The position numbers were made by a program, and so were the translations under genes. Positions 24,526 through 36,186 of a stretch of 64,000 nucleotides of DNA are shown one piece after another; within the stretch, counting starts at the first letter, position 1, and every line of letters begins with the position of its first letter. The notes beneath the pieces were generated by a model that was not told where the DNA came from, made no database searches, and was given only the letters and a program-made list of their open reading frames with translations. The DNA comes from Pavona decussata (lineage: Eukaryota), in assembly GCA_977016875.1 (NCBI GenBank), contig CDRNST010000148.1, positions 2,418,001 to 2,482,000 on the forward strand, read 5' to 3'.

Positions 24526-25806
24526 ATCATGGCCAGTGACACTGAGAAATTGTGAGCCTAAATCTTAAAATACAACATTCATAACATTTTTGTTTTAATC
24601 CGCCTTACCAACCGACAGACACAAATAAATATTTAAGGTTTTACAGTAGTTTTAATGGCTCTACAATGTAATCCGATTTTGAACATTTTCCTTGTGTAAA
24701 GTTCCAAAGGACGCTTTCATATAAACACTCCTTAAACTGAATTAAGAGTTTTCGAGGTAAAGACAAGCCCTTGTTCAGTTACCTTGAGAGGTAGGTTAAC
24801 AGCAGGATGTCCGTTACTTGTTATGTAACGAGGAATGATACAACATTCGGTTCATTTAGGGTTCGGTTAATGCATGCCATAGGATGTGAAACGTATACAG
24901 TGTGTCGTGGATTTACTGAATGAATAAGATTCCATCCATTCATTTGCTCAGTTCAATTTTGCTCGTTATGATTTTGTCTTTTGGTACTGAAATACCAAGA
25001 TCAACTTCTAATGATCTGAAGGCTTAGTCATCATCATATTGCTTCTGGTTTAGAGAAGAAACTAAGTTTGCTCCGTATGTTGTTTTTCTCCCAGTGTTCA
25101 CTGACCTAACCCACAATACTGTGGGTAACGCTGTGATGGAGTGGCATCCCAATACGGCTTAGTATTACACAGTTAAATTCTTTCCCTCTGAGCCAAACCA
25201 GGTTTTACCCATGTAAATGACAGGGCAGCGCCGTCAGGAGAGGCATTACGTCAGGAACCTATAGAGAGTACTTTATAAAATTGGACTTACATGTAATGGA
25301 TGGAACATTTTGGGCCTTTTATTTAAAAGGACTGCATCGTTTATTTTTAGTAACAGCTTTCAAAATCCAAACGACTGTTTTTGATCAATAGCAGCTAAAA
25401 ACTAATGGCCCAATTAGTTCCAGTTTTAGTACATGAAAACTATTCATAAATGTTTTTTGCTATGGGTGACCAAGATGGCCAACCTGGAAATCCAGGGTAT
25501 CGCGATTTAAAGTTCCTTCTTATGATCTTAGATGAAAATGGTAGTACTGCGGCTAGTTCTGTCTTCGAAATATGGCTGAGTTGTTTTGTCCCATTGGTGA
25601 AGTTTCTAGTAAGGTACAAGCAAAGTCTCAAGATCCGGCAGTAAATAAAACAAATTTTGGACCAAAAATGGGACATTCCCCTCAACAGTGACTCCTCTAA
25701 TAAGTGGTGCCATGTACATATGCTTACAAGTGGAGCAACAAGTATGTTGAAGTTTAAGAACGTAAGAGAAGTTTGGGTTAGTGTTTCTCTACGAAAGCCG
25801 AGGAGG

Positions 25807-25971
25807 GACTTCCGACTTCGGACTTCTGACTTCCGACTTCCGACTTCCGACTTCTGACTTCCGACTTCCGACTTCCGACTTCGGACTTCCGACTTCGGAC
25901 TTCGGACTTCTGACTTCTGACTTCCGACTTCCGACTTCCGATTTCCGACTTCTGACTTCCGACTTCCAACT
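25807..25971 (+). repeat. (GACTTCC)n heptamer array, about 23 units; mirrored by about 13 (GAAGTCG) units at 27266-27360
   Basis: Read directly from the sequence. Confidence 0.95.
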
Positions 25972-26056
25972 TTTCTTTAATTTTTTTTATTTTTTATTTT
26001 TAAATAAATTCTAGTGAGCAGCACACAGCAACAGATCTTGTCAACTTCTTTATTAT

Positions 26057-26100
26057 CTACTACCGGTTTCGTCTGATAACACAGACTTCGTCAGGGAGTT
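26057..26100 (-). ncRNA. Minimal hammerhead ribozyme motif, Penelope-type, degenerate helix I
   Basis: Minus strand CTGACGA-A-GTCTG-tgttat-CAGAC-GAAAC-CG-GTA: intact core boxes, 5-bp helix II, GUA triplet. Confidence 0.6.
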
Positions 26101-26267
26101 AGAACAAGACAGTGAGGGAACATATTTTATACCTAATCATTGTAGTACACATCACGTTCCAAAATGGGTGTGAACAGCGAAAAACACCCAAAAAGCATTA
26201 CGTGCAGGATATGACGGAAATACTGCGTGACGCTGAAAATGCGCAATGTTTAATTTTGGGGCTCACG

Positions 26268-26648
26268 GATTTAACGTTACAGTCAATCCAGGTCACGCGT
26301 GAACAGTATTTCTAAGAATGAAATGAACATTCGAATTTCTCTTTGTAATGCCCGACGTGTGAATGGAATGTTGGACATTTCTCTGGAAATCGTTCCGAAA
26401 AAGACGCATTGACTGAAAAAAAGATTCAAAATACTTGGTAAACAATTGTTATTCTTGAAATATTCAATTTTGCAATGTAAAGAAAATTCATAGCTTTATA
26501 CCGTCAATAAGCTGGGGAAATTTATACGGGAACTCTGAAATCTCGTTGGCGATTTTCAAAACTGACATAAAATTTCAAAACTCCGTTCAAATTTCAAAAA
26601 TATCGTTCACGCGTGACCTGGGTTGACCGTAAATCTTAACGTTAAATC
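26268..26648. mobile_element. Nested MITE inside the composite element
   Basis: gatttaacgttacagtcaatccaggtcacgcgtgaac ... gttcacgcgtgacctgggttgaccgtaaatcttaacgttaaatc. Confidence 0.65.
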
Positions 26649-26649
26649 T

Positions 26650-27200
26650 TTAAAAGAAAAAACTACCTCCAAAGATACGGGACCGCAATGGGTACAAAGA
26701 TGGCAGTATCCTTTGCCAATATTTTCATGGCAGAGATCGAGACAGAAATAATTGGCCGTAGTGCTACAAAACTCCTTGCATGGAAAAGATACATCGATGA
26801 TGTCTTCTCTCTATGGAACGTAAGCAAAAATGAAATCCAAACTTTTATAGAGCTAGCCAACAACTATCATGCGACCATAAAATTCACGGCTGAAATTTCA
26901 GATATTGAAATCACTTTCCTTGACACATGTGTACACAAGGGCGAAAGAGTAAAAAAAGAATCAAAACTTGACGTGCGCACGAACTTCAAACCGACAGAAA
27001 CGTTCCAGTACACGCATTTTTCTTTGTGCCACCCTCCAGGCGTCAGGAAAGGCTTTACCAAAGGCGAAGCCTTAAGACCTCTCAGAAAAACTCTTCAAAA
27101 ACAAAATTTGAAGAAAACATCACTCTGTTCAAACAGACTACGCAACAGAGGTTACCCCTATAACCTTATAGATAAAATTTTGCCGTTTGTTACTTCACTA
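26650..27200 (+). pseudogene. Penelope-like element reverse transcriptase fragment
   Basis: NYLQRYGTAMGTKMAVSFANIFM, WKRYIDDVF, IKFTAE..ITFLD, KPTETFQYTHFSLCHP..GEALR, RNRGYP; truncated at both ends and apparently frameshifted near 27085-27130. Confidence 0.9.
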
Positions 27201-29703
27201 GGGTTTATTTAAAAAAAAAAAAAATAATAAAAAATAAAAAACAAATTAAAAAATTAAAAAAAAAGGTCTGAAGTCGGAAGTCGAAAGTCTGAAGTCGGAA
27301 GTCGGAAGTCGGAAGTCGGAAGTCGGAAGTCAGAAGTCCGAAGTCGGAAGTCGGAAGTCCCTCCTCGGCTTTCGTAGTTTCTCACTTGTGTGGCTCAAGA
27401 TATATACAGGTTCCGTTTTAGTCGGTGACAGGCGATCAGCGGTGAGTTGGGAAATATTTCCCTGATTACAGCATCATTACTGATCAGCATCGTGCGTAGT
27501 TGGACTCTAGAGTCGTTTCATTATACAGCGAACCGAACGAGCGTTTGAGCAATCTCGTACTCAGGGCCAGGGTTCTCCGCCACCTTAGTCAGCGGTTGAT
27601 CGCCAGACGTTTTTCCAACGACCTAGCCCGGACCATTGAGCCGGATACAAGATTGGCATTCGGTGCCGAGCTTAGCCAAGCCCTTTCTTGAGATGCTTTT
27701 CCATTTGGCAGCAGTTTTCCAGCTTGTAAGCTAACCAAGTCAGGCACAAGGTTGCGGCACTTGAGAAATTAATTAATTAAGCGGTCACGTTTGCAATAAG
27801 CGCACCCACATGTGCGGAGGGTCATTTTGTTTTGTGATTTGCCGTTGAAAATTGAAGCAAATTTGCCATAAATCGCGCTTCGTCTCTGAGATCCCCACTT
27901 CAGTTCACTTAATCTTATGTCCACAAATGATTTGAAATGAACCTGTTTGTAAATCGTTTTATACGCTTTTCAAGTGGGCGATCTTCTGGGCATTTTCTTT
28001 TCTTCGTCAGCACAGTTTTGCGCGACTCAACCACTTTACGAAAGCAAGCGAATCTACAACGTTTAGTACGGAGAGCTCACCCGTAAAGCGGGATCAGATT
28101 TGGTCCAATGAAGATCACCTAAATCAATATCCTCGGGGCATTTAGATTGCAGTACATGAGTGACTTCATAACAATACGTTCAGAACTGAACGTAATCGGT
28201 TCAATGACAGCGCTAGTAAATCTTGAGCGCATACTCGAAATATAATTGATAACTGAGAGGTCGCGGTTAAGAAGCCGCGCTCGTACTCCATTCTTTAGAT
28301 ATAATTGTAGGTCATGTATGGCTTGGGTAGTGATGCTCATTAACTGAGCTTAAAGAAAATGTACAACACAGTGGATTAAATATCATTTAATTTATCTTTG
28401 CCTGCCTCTATTGTGGTTGAGTGTGTATTTACAGAGTGAAGTCTCGCCGGGTCGGATCTCTCTGTACCATGTTAACCGAACTTTTTGATTTCGAGATAGT
28501 TAATAGTCAAAACAAATAGTTTATTTACTGTAGAGTTTAAGTGGCGCAAAGAAGACTGTAGAAGGATTATTTGTGCGTCACGGTTTATTAATAAGCTTGG
28601 CGGTATTGCCATGGCATTAAAGTGATTGTTAATTGTTGTTGCCCAATTCTTAATTTGCATGTTGGAGAGATAGCTCTTTGTTTCTTTTGATTGCGTAGAT
28701 TCAGACATTTGTTGATGAAGGATATAGGTGATGTGTATTTAGCGTTAAGAATAACGGCGCAGGCGGTATATGTCGCTGAACGCCAAGATAGCGAGAGAGG
28801 AACTATATAGAAGAAGCAATGAAATTGTCTCTGAATCGGCTGTTTCCTTGATGCGGTTGACTGTTAGCAAGTCACCTCGAAGACTGGAAAGTAAAGCGCT
28901 ATGAAAGTCACGTTTCGTCAACACTGCAAAGGTAAATCCTTGGAATTACTTAGGATTAACGAATGGCTTTATCAGACTGCTTAAAGCAGGATAGATTTTG
29001 CTGTCTGCGAGCTTGAATTAACTTCTGCTCCCTAAACAATCTTACAAAAATTTTAAATTTCGAAATTTCTTTTTGCGTAAAGTTGAAGGAAGCTGAACTG
29101 TAATATAGTGTGTGGAAAAGCTTATGTTTGAATGGTCTCACTTGTAAATTTCAACAGTAGAGCCAGGAGTCAAACCTTATCTAACTTGGCCGGCTTAAAT
29201 TTGACTCTGGAAATGAAAGGGCGAATGCCTCACTGCTTGTGCATTATGCCATGTTGTTCACTTCTCAACAAGAACATCTTTGTTCATTATGACTGAAGTA
29301 GTCAACAACAGAAGCTGCGCTCTCTGCTTATAACTAAACAATTATAACGAGATATTCAATAATGATGCCGGTATTCGGATAAGGTTTAGTTTTAGTGATT
29401 TTGTTTGTATTGATACTAGTTGACAAAGTAGTTGCTATAACCTTCATTAGTAGTAGTGATATAATCAACCTTAGACGAACCTATGATGAAATCGCCGTAC
29501 AGATAATTATGGTCTGTATCTAGATTGAAGAAGATTGCAGTACAAGCGAACCGGGAAGTGGATTACTGAGTGTGAAATTGTGTTTGCTGAGAGCAAGCTA
29601 GACAGGAAGTTTTCAAAAGGTCTAGGCGTTTATTCTTGAAAGCTCCTCTTGGAACTTCGATTTATTCTGATAGCCCTAACAGGAATAATGAATGTTTGGT
29701 ACG

Positions 29704-29878
29704 GGTTTATCAACAGAGCGGATAAGGTAATTTGGCCTCCGTAAAGCCGGAGATTCGAGTGCTGACGCTTCGAGCGTTAGCCCCTCGTCAGAGCTGACGA
29801 AGGGCTACCGCTCGAAACGTCACCATTCGAATCTCTTTACGGTGGCCAAATTACTTTATCACCTCTGTTGATAAAACC
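29704..29878. ncRNA. Palindromic repeat with two inverted minimal hammerhead motifs
   Basis: + strand CTGACGA-A-GGGC-tacc-GCTC-GAAAC-GTC (29794-29821); - strand gct-CTGACGA-G-GGGC-taac-GCTC-GAAGC-GTC-agc (29794-29761); outer arms ggtttatcaacagag / ctctgttgataaaacc. Confidence 0.65.
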
Positions 29879-30960
29879 ATTAACGTTCGTTTCCACACAG
29901 CACCGCAGTTTCTGTAGAAACTAACCCCCTAATCCAGTTAGCCAACCAGCCATTTAGTCCATTGGTCGGCTAGTGAGTCAATTGGAATAGTTGACGAACA
30001 ATGGGTTTTTGGGTCTTCCTTGACCACAGTTCTGCTTCAATACAGACAAGAATTTCGTAGAAGCTTTCTGAATTATTCCAATTACTAGATTGTTCGTTTT
30101 GTTCACATCAGGTTGATAATTAAGGCTTTCGCTATCCTTTGATCACCAAATTTGAACTTTTTCCACTTCTGCTAAATTTATCTCAAGGAATTTGAAGTCA
30201 ATTTCCTGCCTAATGCAAATTCTGGATAATTTTAGAGCACTTCAGCTATCATACCTTATTTAGAAAGTACTTAAAATTCCTGAAGTTAATAACTAACACC
30301 AGAAACAAGCAAATAAACAGGTTCCCTAGAAACAGATTATAATCAGGCTGAACAAGTCAAGTTTTGAATTGGAGACAAAATAAACAAGAAACTTTCTTTT
30401 CTGTTTTTTAGGCTTTAATATCGAACCTTGGTCAAATTTAAAAGTCATATTTATCGGGCTATTGACCTATTCTGATAAGGTATTATTTCGTTGAACCTCA
30501 ATACAAATAAGAATTAAATTTGATTGTTTTAGGGTTAAGGCATCATAAATTCAGTTTTGAAGTTTAATAACTTTTAGGATAATTGATTTTCTGAATCCTC
30601 ATTTTTGTATCCGTCACATATCGTAACCGTAATGGTGTAATTTCCGTTTGTTCTTAATTTCTTTAACTTGTTTTTGCTATATTTTTACAAGTGACTAAAA
30701 TGTTTACCGGTTCCAATCGATAACAGAATTATATACAGACGGGGCTACCCTTCTTAAATAAAAGTGTCTTTCCTATTGTCGTCCTATTTAATAAGGAAGA
30801 TACTAAATGCGCCAAACAATCTAAATAATTGACATAGTTTATGTTCGAATCGGATCGTGCGGTTTTTAAGTGTTTTGCCATCACGCTATTTACAGATGAT
30901 GTCGGCTGCAAATTACGAAGTTGAATATTGACAATTTAATCGCCGGACGAGGGCTTTAAG

Positions 30961-31144
30961 CTGCCCCGGAGATTTTTTTTCTTCCTTCTCCTCAAAGAGA
31001 ATTGAGCCGCGAAGCGGTTACAAGGTGCCGCAACGCGGGGAGAGCCCGAAACCGTTTCAGTCTCTCGCCGCTTTGCGGCTCTTGTCGCCGCTTCGCGGCT
31101 CGATTTTGCTTGGGGAAAAGTAAGAAAGAAAACCTCTGGGGGCA
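30961..31144. mobile_element. GC-rich hairpin MITE
   Basis: ctgccccggag ... ctctgggggcag, with gagccgcgaagcgg / ccgcttcgcggctc. Confidence 0.65.
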
Positions 31145-31414
31145 GGAGAGCTGAAAGCCGGAACGTTGAAAATGATTACATGAAACAGTGGCAAGATAAA
31201 AGAGAACTGCAACGGTAGATCTCTAATCCTGCACGTTTCACTTAACCCCCATTTAGTGAACAGCATCTTAATTCTCCTTATAATGTCACTACGTGATCAA
31301 ACATAGAGGTTATGAGAATAAAGGAAATGATCTCTAAATATGAAATGTCTTGATTTTAAAACTAATTCTCACAACTAGTGCTATGAGAAATAGAGAAAAA
31401 CTGGGAGGAGAACA

Positions 31415-31610
31415 TCTAGTCACTTCATGCTGGTATCCTAAGATTGACTAGCAACCCATCCGTGAGGTTTAGTAATACTCTTAGCTGGGTGTCCCGTGAT
31501 GGACTAGCATCAGTCCCATCTATGCCATGAGGTTTAGTTATACTCCTAGTCGCTTCATGTAGGGTATCATGTGATGGACTAGCATCCCATTCAGAGGTAG
31601 AAGTAGGCCT
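31415..31610 (+). repeat. Tandemly repeated SINE-core-like segment
   Basis: Three copies of (gatg)gactagca(t/a)ccca..gaggt..agt; related fragment at about 25125-25165. Confidence 0.5.
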
Positions 31611-31814
31611 CCTTATTGCTTCAAGCCAATGAAACCGAACAGTTGAAGCCTCTGAGACTTTATTTTTGTCCTGTTTTTTCTAGTTCGCAGAGCCAGCCGG
31701 TGAGGAACGACTGGGAAGCCTGGATGTCATTTCAAAGGCACCGCCCTGTTCCGCAGTCCGGCATGAGCTGGCCAAACTCAAGACCAGCTGGACGTAAGTA
31801 TAAGTATATAAATA

Positions 31815-31817
<3 letters not shown>

Positions 31818-31872
<55 letters not shown>
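31818..31872. repeat. (ATT)n microsatellite
   Basis: About 18 perfect units. Confidence 0.98.
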
Positions 31873-31874
<2 letters not shown>

Positions 31875-32151
31875 GTGATCATGACTTGCAACACAGTTCT
31901 TCTTACAGCTTAGCTTAACAGTTTGTTCTATAAGTTCACTGAGGCTGTTTGTTGGGAAGAAAATATGGTGCTTAGGAAAGTATACAGTACAGTAAATTAC
32001 CGTCCTAGGAAGCGCACGCATACTAAGCCGGTTCCTGTGTTCATCTGTTCGTTAAAATAATGCTCTGGTAACCAAGGACCAAGGATTGGGCCCTATCCTA
32101 TAGGATCACAGGAAGCACTTTATGGAATAAGAACGTTAGCCGTCATCATAA

Positions 32152-32440
32152 AGGCCGTTTTAGACGGTACAACTTTTGCTTACGACTGTCGCGTGCGATT
32201 TCTAGAGCGCGCGCTGCTCGCGTCATGCAAAAAAATCTCATACAATTCTCGTCATTCAACATTGCCTATACCTACGATTGTCGTAGAATTTTGAAACATG
32301 TTTTAAAATCCTACGACATTTTTAGTGACGTACACGACACTCGTAAGCAAGCTGTAGGTTTGATTTATACAAAACAATTCGTGACATTGGCCTGTTGTAA
32401 GCTTGTCGCATGCAACAAAGTCGTACCGTTAAATTGCCCT
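32152..32440. mobile_element. Harbinger-like MITE with TAA TSD
   Basis: taa|aggccgttttagacggtacaactt ... aagtcgtaccgttaaattgccct|taa. Confidence 0.7.
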
Positions 32441-32894
32441 TAACAATAGTGTGTGTTCGGAAGTTTTTTCTGCTGGCGGCAAACCTCACCAAGGAGATGA
32501 AATACACTAGGGTGGAATAGAATTGACCGGGGAACGTGTGAATCGCTTCAAATAGAAGCCGTTAACGGTAATTTTGAGTCTGTGTTACGAGTATTTCTGT
32601 ATATTCTCGGAAAACAGAGTTAAAATTATATTTCATTTCCTTATTGGCGTGCAAAATAAGGTCAGATATGATTTTCGAAAAGCGAACAGCAGGTATCAGA
32701 TCAGACGGAGTAGGCTTGAAAATTAAGTTCTACTTTAAAGGCCGTTAAATGATTTTGAAAAAACAAAATGACATGTTACGTATTTCGCGTAAATTCTCCC
32801 GCTGGTTTTTGCTATGTAGAAGGCTTGATATCTGGAGTAAAAAAGGTTCATTAAATAAATCTATTTTATTTTTTGACCAGTCTCTACTTTAGAA

Positions 32895-35800
32895 ATGGGT
32901 TTCGTCAGTAGGCGGCCACTATCTACCACAGAAACACGTGTCAGAAGCCTTCCACCAATCACAGACAAGCCTCGGCCTGGAAATCGGAAAGTGGGAATAA
33001 GAAGCGAGAAACAAGGCAAAGAACAAGGTTGCTGGGCCAAGAGCTGGGCGAGGGAACGCGCTGGACACACTTACATCCATTCAAATGGTTGTACGGATTG
33101 CACGACCCACAACGGACGGAACCATTTAGGTCCATCGAATAACGCCGGCTTTAAATCGGCGAGAAGGAAGAACGAGGTTGTGGCGATGAACGAAAAAGAG
33201 GCAATGTTGTTTAGGAGGCTCAAAGGAATCTACGCCAATTCCACGGAAAAGACTTTACGTGCTCAGCGATTACAGAGCAGTATTAATTCACTACAAACAA
33301 GAACTATTCACTCAGAAATAGATTATAGTTTGAAAGAGTATAAGAGGAAACAGGAGGAGGATAAAAAGAATAGATCAGAACTGAAACGCGTGAGAGATAG
33401 GTTTTCAAAAGACAGAGAACGTCGCTATAGACGTTCACACGTGAGTTTAAGTGCGCTAGAGATGCCGCAGGTGTCACGCCACGCGTATGGTCTTCCTGAA
33501 GATGGTCATGAATACAGTCAGTCTAGTGTGGTGCAGCACACTCAAGAAAAGTTGCGTGACATTTGGCAAAATGCTATGAAACGCGCCGCCATTGTGGATA
33601 AAATGATCAGAATACGGACAACGGAGAAAGAGCCATTACCGCAAATTAAAGTAAGGAGACGGAGTATTGCTCAAAAAGAAACAAGAACCCCAAGTCCAAG
33701 AAAAGAAGGTACTTCAGAGTTAAATCTTTGTGAAGGAGAAATGATTCCCGGAGGTACTTTTGTTGGGACTGTACCGCGCCCTTTGCCAAATCCTAGCCCT
33801 ATTTCTGAACAAACTACGTAATTTTCCTATACCCGTTTTCAGATCTGCCTTCTAACATCCACACCAATTTGTAGGACTTTCAAACTAAACTGCTTAAAAT
33901 CTATAGTCATTTTAGGCCCCTGAATCTCATACCCCTTGGGGCGGAACATATCTAGAAAGCTTATACAAGAGAGTCAAATGATTATCCGGCGCATTTTTCT
34001 ATGATCTACACGTGGGCTACATTATTGAGCACAGATGCAATGGTAGCAAATTAACCCTTAAGGCTTGAAGCGATATTTTATTGCAGATTCGATACTCTTC
34101 CAGCGTCATACGCTGAAACCGCACGGAACGCTGAGTATATGGACTGGCTTAATAACTCACTCATAAATGTTTGTTATTGTACTTTTAAAGGCCTCATCTA
34201 CAAATCTGTATATTCATAACCGCAACGATGGTTTTTTCATTTCATTATTTATTGTCAGTATTCAATTATATTTATCGGAAACATTCGAGCCGTTTTGATT
34301 GAAAATGACCACTTTGAGTTCATAAGTTGACGCAAAGGCGAGAGAGAACTTGGCAAAATTTGAAAGTGTATGCAAATTCCATCCCCAAAATAAACTAAAG
34401 CTCATAAACTCGCTGTTTTGGCAAATACAAAGTTTTTGTGTGTCAGTGTGGACACAAAAGTCGACAAACGTATTGGCGACGAAGAGAACCATTCTCTGTT
34501 TCTCATCGACTTCCCTAACATTTTTTTCGGGTTTGTGCGTGAATTAAACACACAGTGTCTACTCCAAACTGAAGAGAGAAGGATGTAGAAAAAGTTCTAA
34601 CAGACTCGGAAACAGTAAAACAACTGAAATTTCTTGAAGGCTTGTTGCGAGAAAACACCTGTTTGACAAGTTGTAGAGTGCACGATTATGCCAACTTGAG
34701 ACTACGGCGCCGTGTGAAGGCACCTTAATGCCATGTATGCAGAAACCACGAGGAGAAATCGCGGAACTATTTTTTGCTATCTTCTCCTGAGGAAGATAAC
34801 GTATGCAATGAGAGGTCACCTCAGTCTGTGATTTCTTTATATAAACTTCTTTAATCTGGCTAAATTTTTGTGGCTCGTAGGTGATTAACTTTTCATCGGG
34901 CTATATATAAGGCCTATGATAAGACTTTAATCATAATGTAATGTTTAACTATTTTTATTTACTTTTTACTTTTATTGAACATATTACGCTTTTTATTTTG
35001 TAATAGTCATAAATTACGCAGGGCCTCTATTGATACTAGCCTAGTGCTGAGAGGGCCACATTGTCTAAGATGACTTACTTGGCTTAAAATGACTCTTTTT
35101 GAACCTGCTGTTATCAATTTGAAATTTTGCAAAGATTGAGACATGGCTCTTATCATCAGTGATTCTTTTTATAGAGATTCGACGAGAATCAGTAGAAACG
35201 AAGAATCAACTTGAGGTGATGCTTGGAGAAATAGACGCCATGTCTACAGGTACGTTTGGTCAGAAAATAAGCTCGATATTTCTCGCAATCGGAGCTCTAA
35301 GACGGTTTCAATACATCCTGTGGTAAACTCAGTTTGTTTTCTTTTTCGTTCCTTGCCGCTATATAATCTCTGGCCAGCGCACAAATTTCTCTTGCAATAG
35401 AAAGGAGCAGTGGCAGTCTACACCTAAGCCGCAGTCAGCAGTCAGTCAGTCAGTCAGTCAGTCAGTCAGTCAGTCAGTCAGTCAGTCAGTCGGTCGGTCG
35501 GTCAGTCAGTCAGTCAGTCAGCCATTCAGTCAGTCAGCCAGTCAGCCAGTCAGCCAGTCAGTCAGTCAGTCAGTCAGCCAGTCAGCTAACCAGTCAGTCA
35601 ATCAGTCAGTCAGTCAGTCTGTCTGTTTATCTGTCTGTCTGTCTGTCTGTTGACCCGTCATTTAGCTAGTTGGCCAATCTCTCGGTCGGTCGTTTCGGTG
35701 CTCAGTTGCTTGGTTGATCGGTCTTTTCGTTATGTTTAGTTTTATAACAGAGTTGAGAGTTAATGACGTAAATTGGCCACCGTAAAGAGATTCGAGTGCT

Positions 35801-36112
35801 GACGTTTCGAGCGTTAACCCTAACGAAGAGCTAACTCTGGAAACTTCAGCACTCTGATCTCTTTACGGTGGCCAAATTACCTCATCAGATCTCCTAATGA
35901 AACTTTCGTTTCCCCTCCCCACTGGCGCAGCACCACAGTTTCTGTAGAAACTAAACCACTCATCCAGTTAGCCAACCAGCCAGCTGGTCCATCGGTCTGT
36001 CAGTGAGTCAATTGGTTTGTGGGTTTTTTTATTGCAAGTTTGTCATATTTTTCTTTTATTTGCAGTTCTTTCGGAATCAGACGAAGAAAGTGAAGAGGAA
36101 ATTGAGGATTAA
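32895..36112 (+). CDS. Uncharacterised basic/coiled-coil protein with acidic tail (about 311 aa)
   Basis: Long ORF from ATG 32895 (acceptor tttag| just upstream); phase-1 donor after 33708 (or 33753); exons 35175-35249 (EIRRESVETKNQLEVMLGEIDAMST) and 36066-36112 (VLSESDEESEEEIED*) join in frame. An extra exon at about 34087-34134 is possible. Confidence 0.7.
33747..33973. mobile_element. Degenerate MITE (cccgg..gtac family) overlapping the end of the long exon
   Basis: cccggaggtac..gccctatttc..acccgttttcaga..ataccccttggggcggaacata resembles a common coral element as I recall it; ends degenerate. Confidence 0.45.
35432..35649. repeat. (CAGT)n / (CTGT)n compound microsatellite
   Basis: Read directly from the sequence. 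Confidence 0.97.
35770..36016. repeat. Degenerate second copy of the hammerhead palindrome plus right flank (paralogous to about 29729-29986)
   Basis: Shared gagattcgagtgctgacg, tctctttacggtggccaaattac, cagtttctgtagaaactaa, tccagttagccaaccagcca and agtgagtcaattgg. Confidence 0.8.
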
Positions 36113-36186
36113 TTTAACAAAATTGGATAAGAAAAATTACAACTGTTACATCTTTAAACTTTAATCAATGTTTCATATCATTAAAT

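Larger units (their letters stand above)
25790..27376. mobile_element. Composite TIR element with heptamer arrays, carrying Penelope-derived sequence
   Basis: TIR tacgaaagccgaggagggacttccgacttc / gaagtcggaagtccctcctcggctttcgta, extending through (GACTTCC)n arrays and T/A tracts to ctagtga / tcactag; flanking direct repeat gtttctc (25783-25789, 27377-27383). Confidence 0.85.

Noticed and set aside
25657-26014. ORFs with SDFRLPT / RKSEVGS repeats; possible CRISPR-like array
   Set aside because: Translations of the heptamer tandem repeat; no spacers, no cas genes, eukaryotic context.
31616-32021. Poly-Leu and poly-Ile ORFs resembling TM helices
   Set aside because: Produced by the (ATT)n microsatellite.
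34185-34930. Possible TTAA-flanked transposon in an intron
   Set aside because: Termini could not be paired convincingly by eye.
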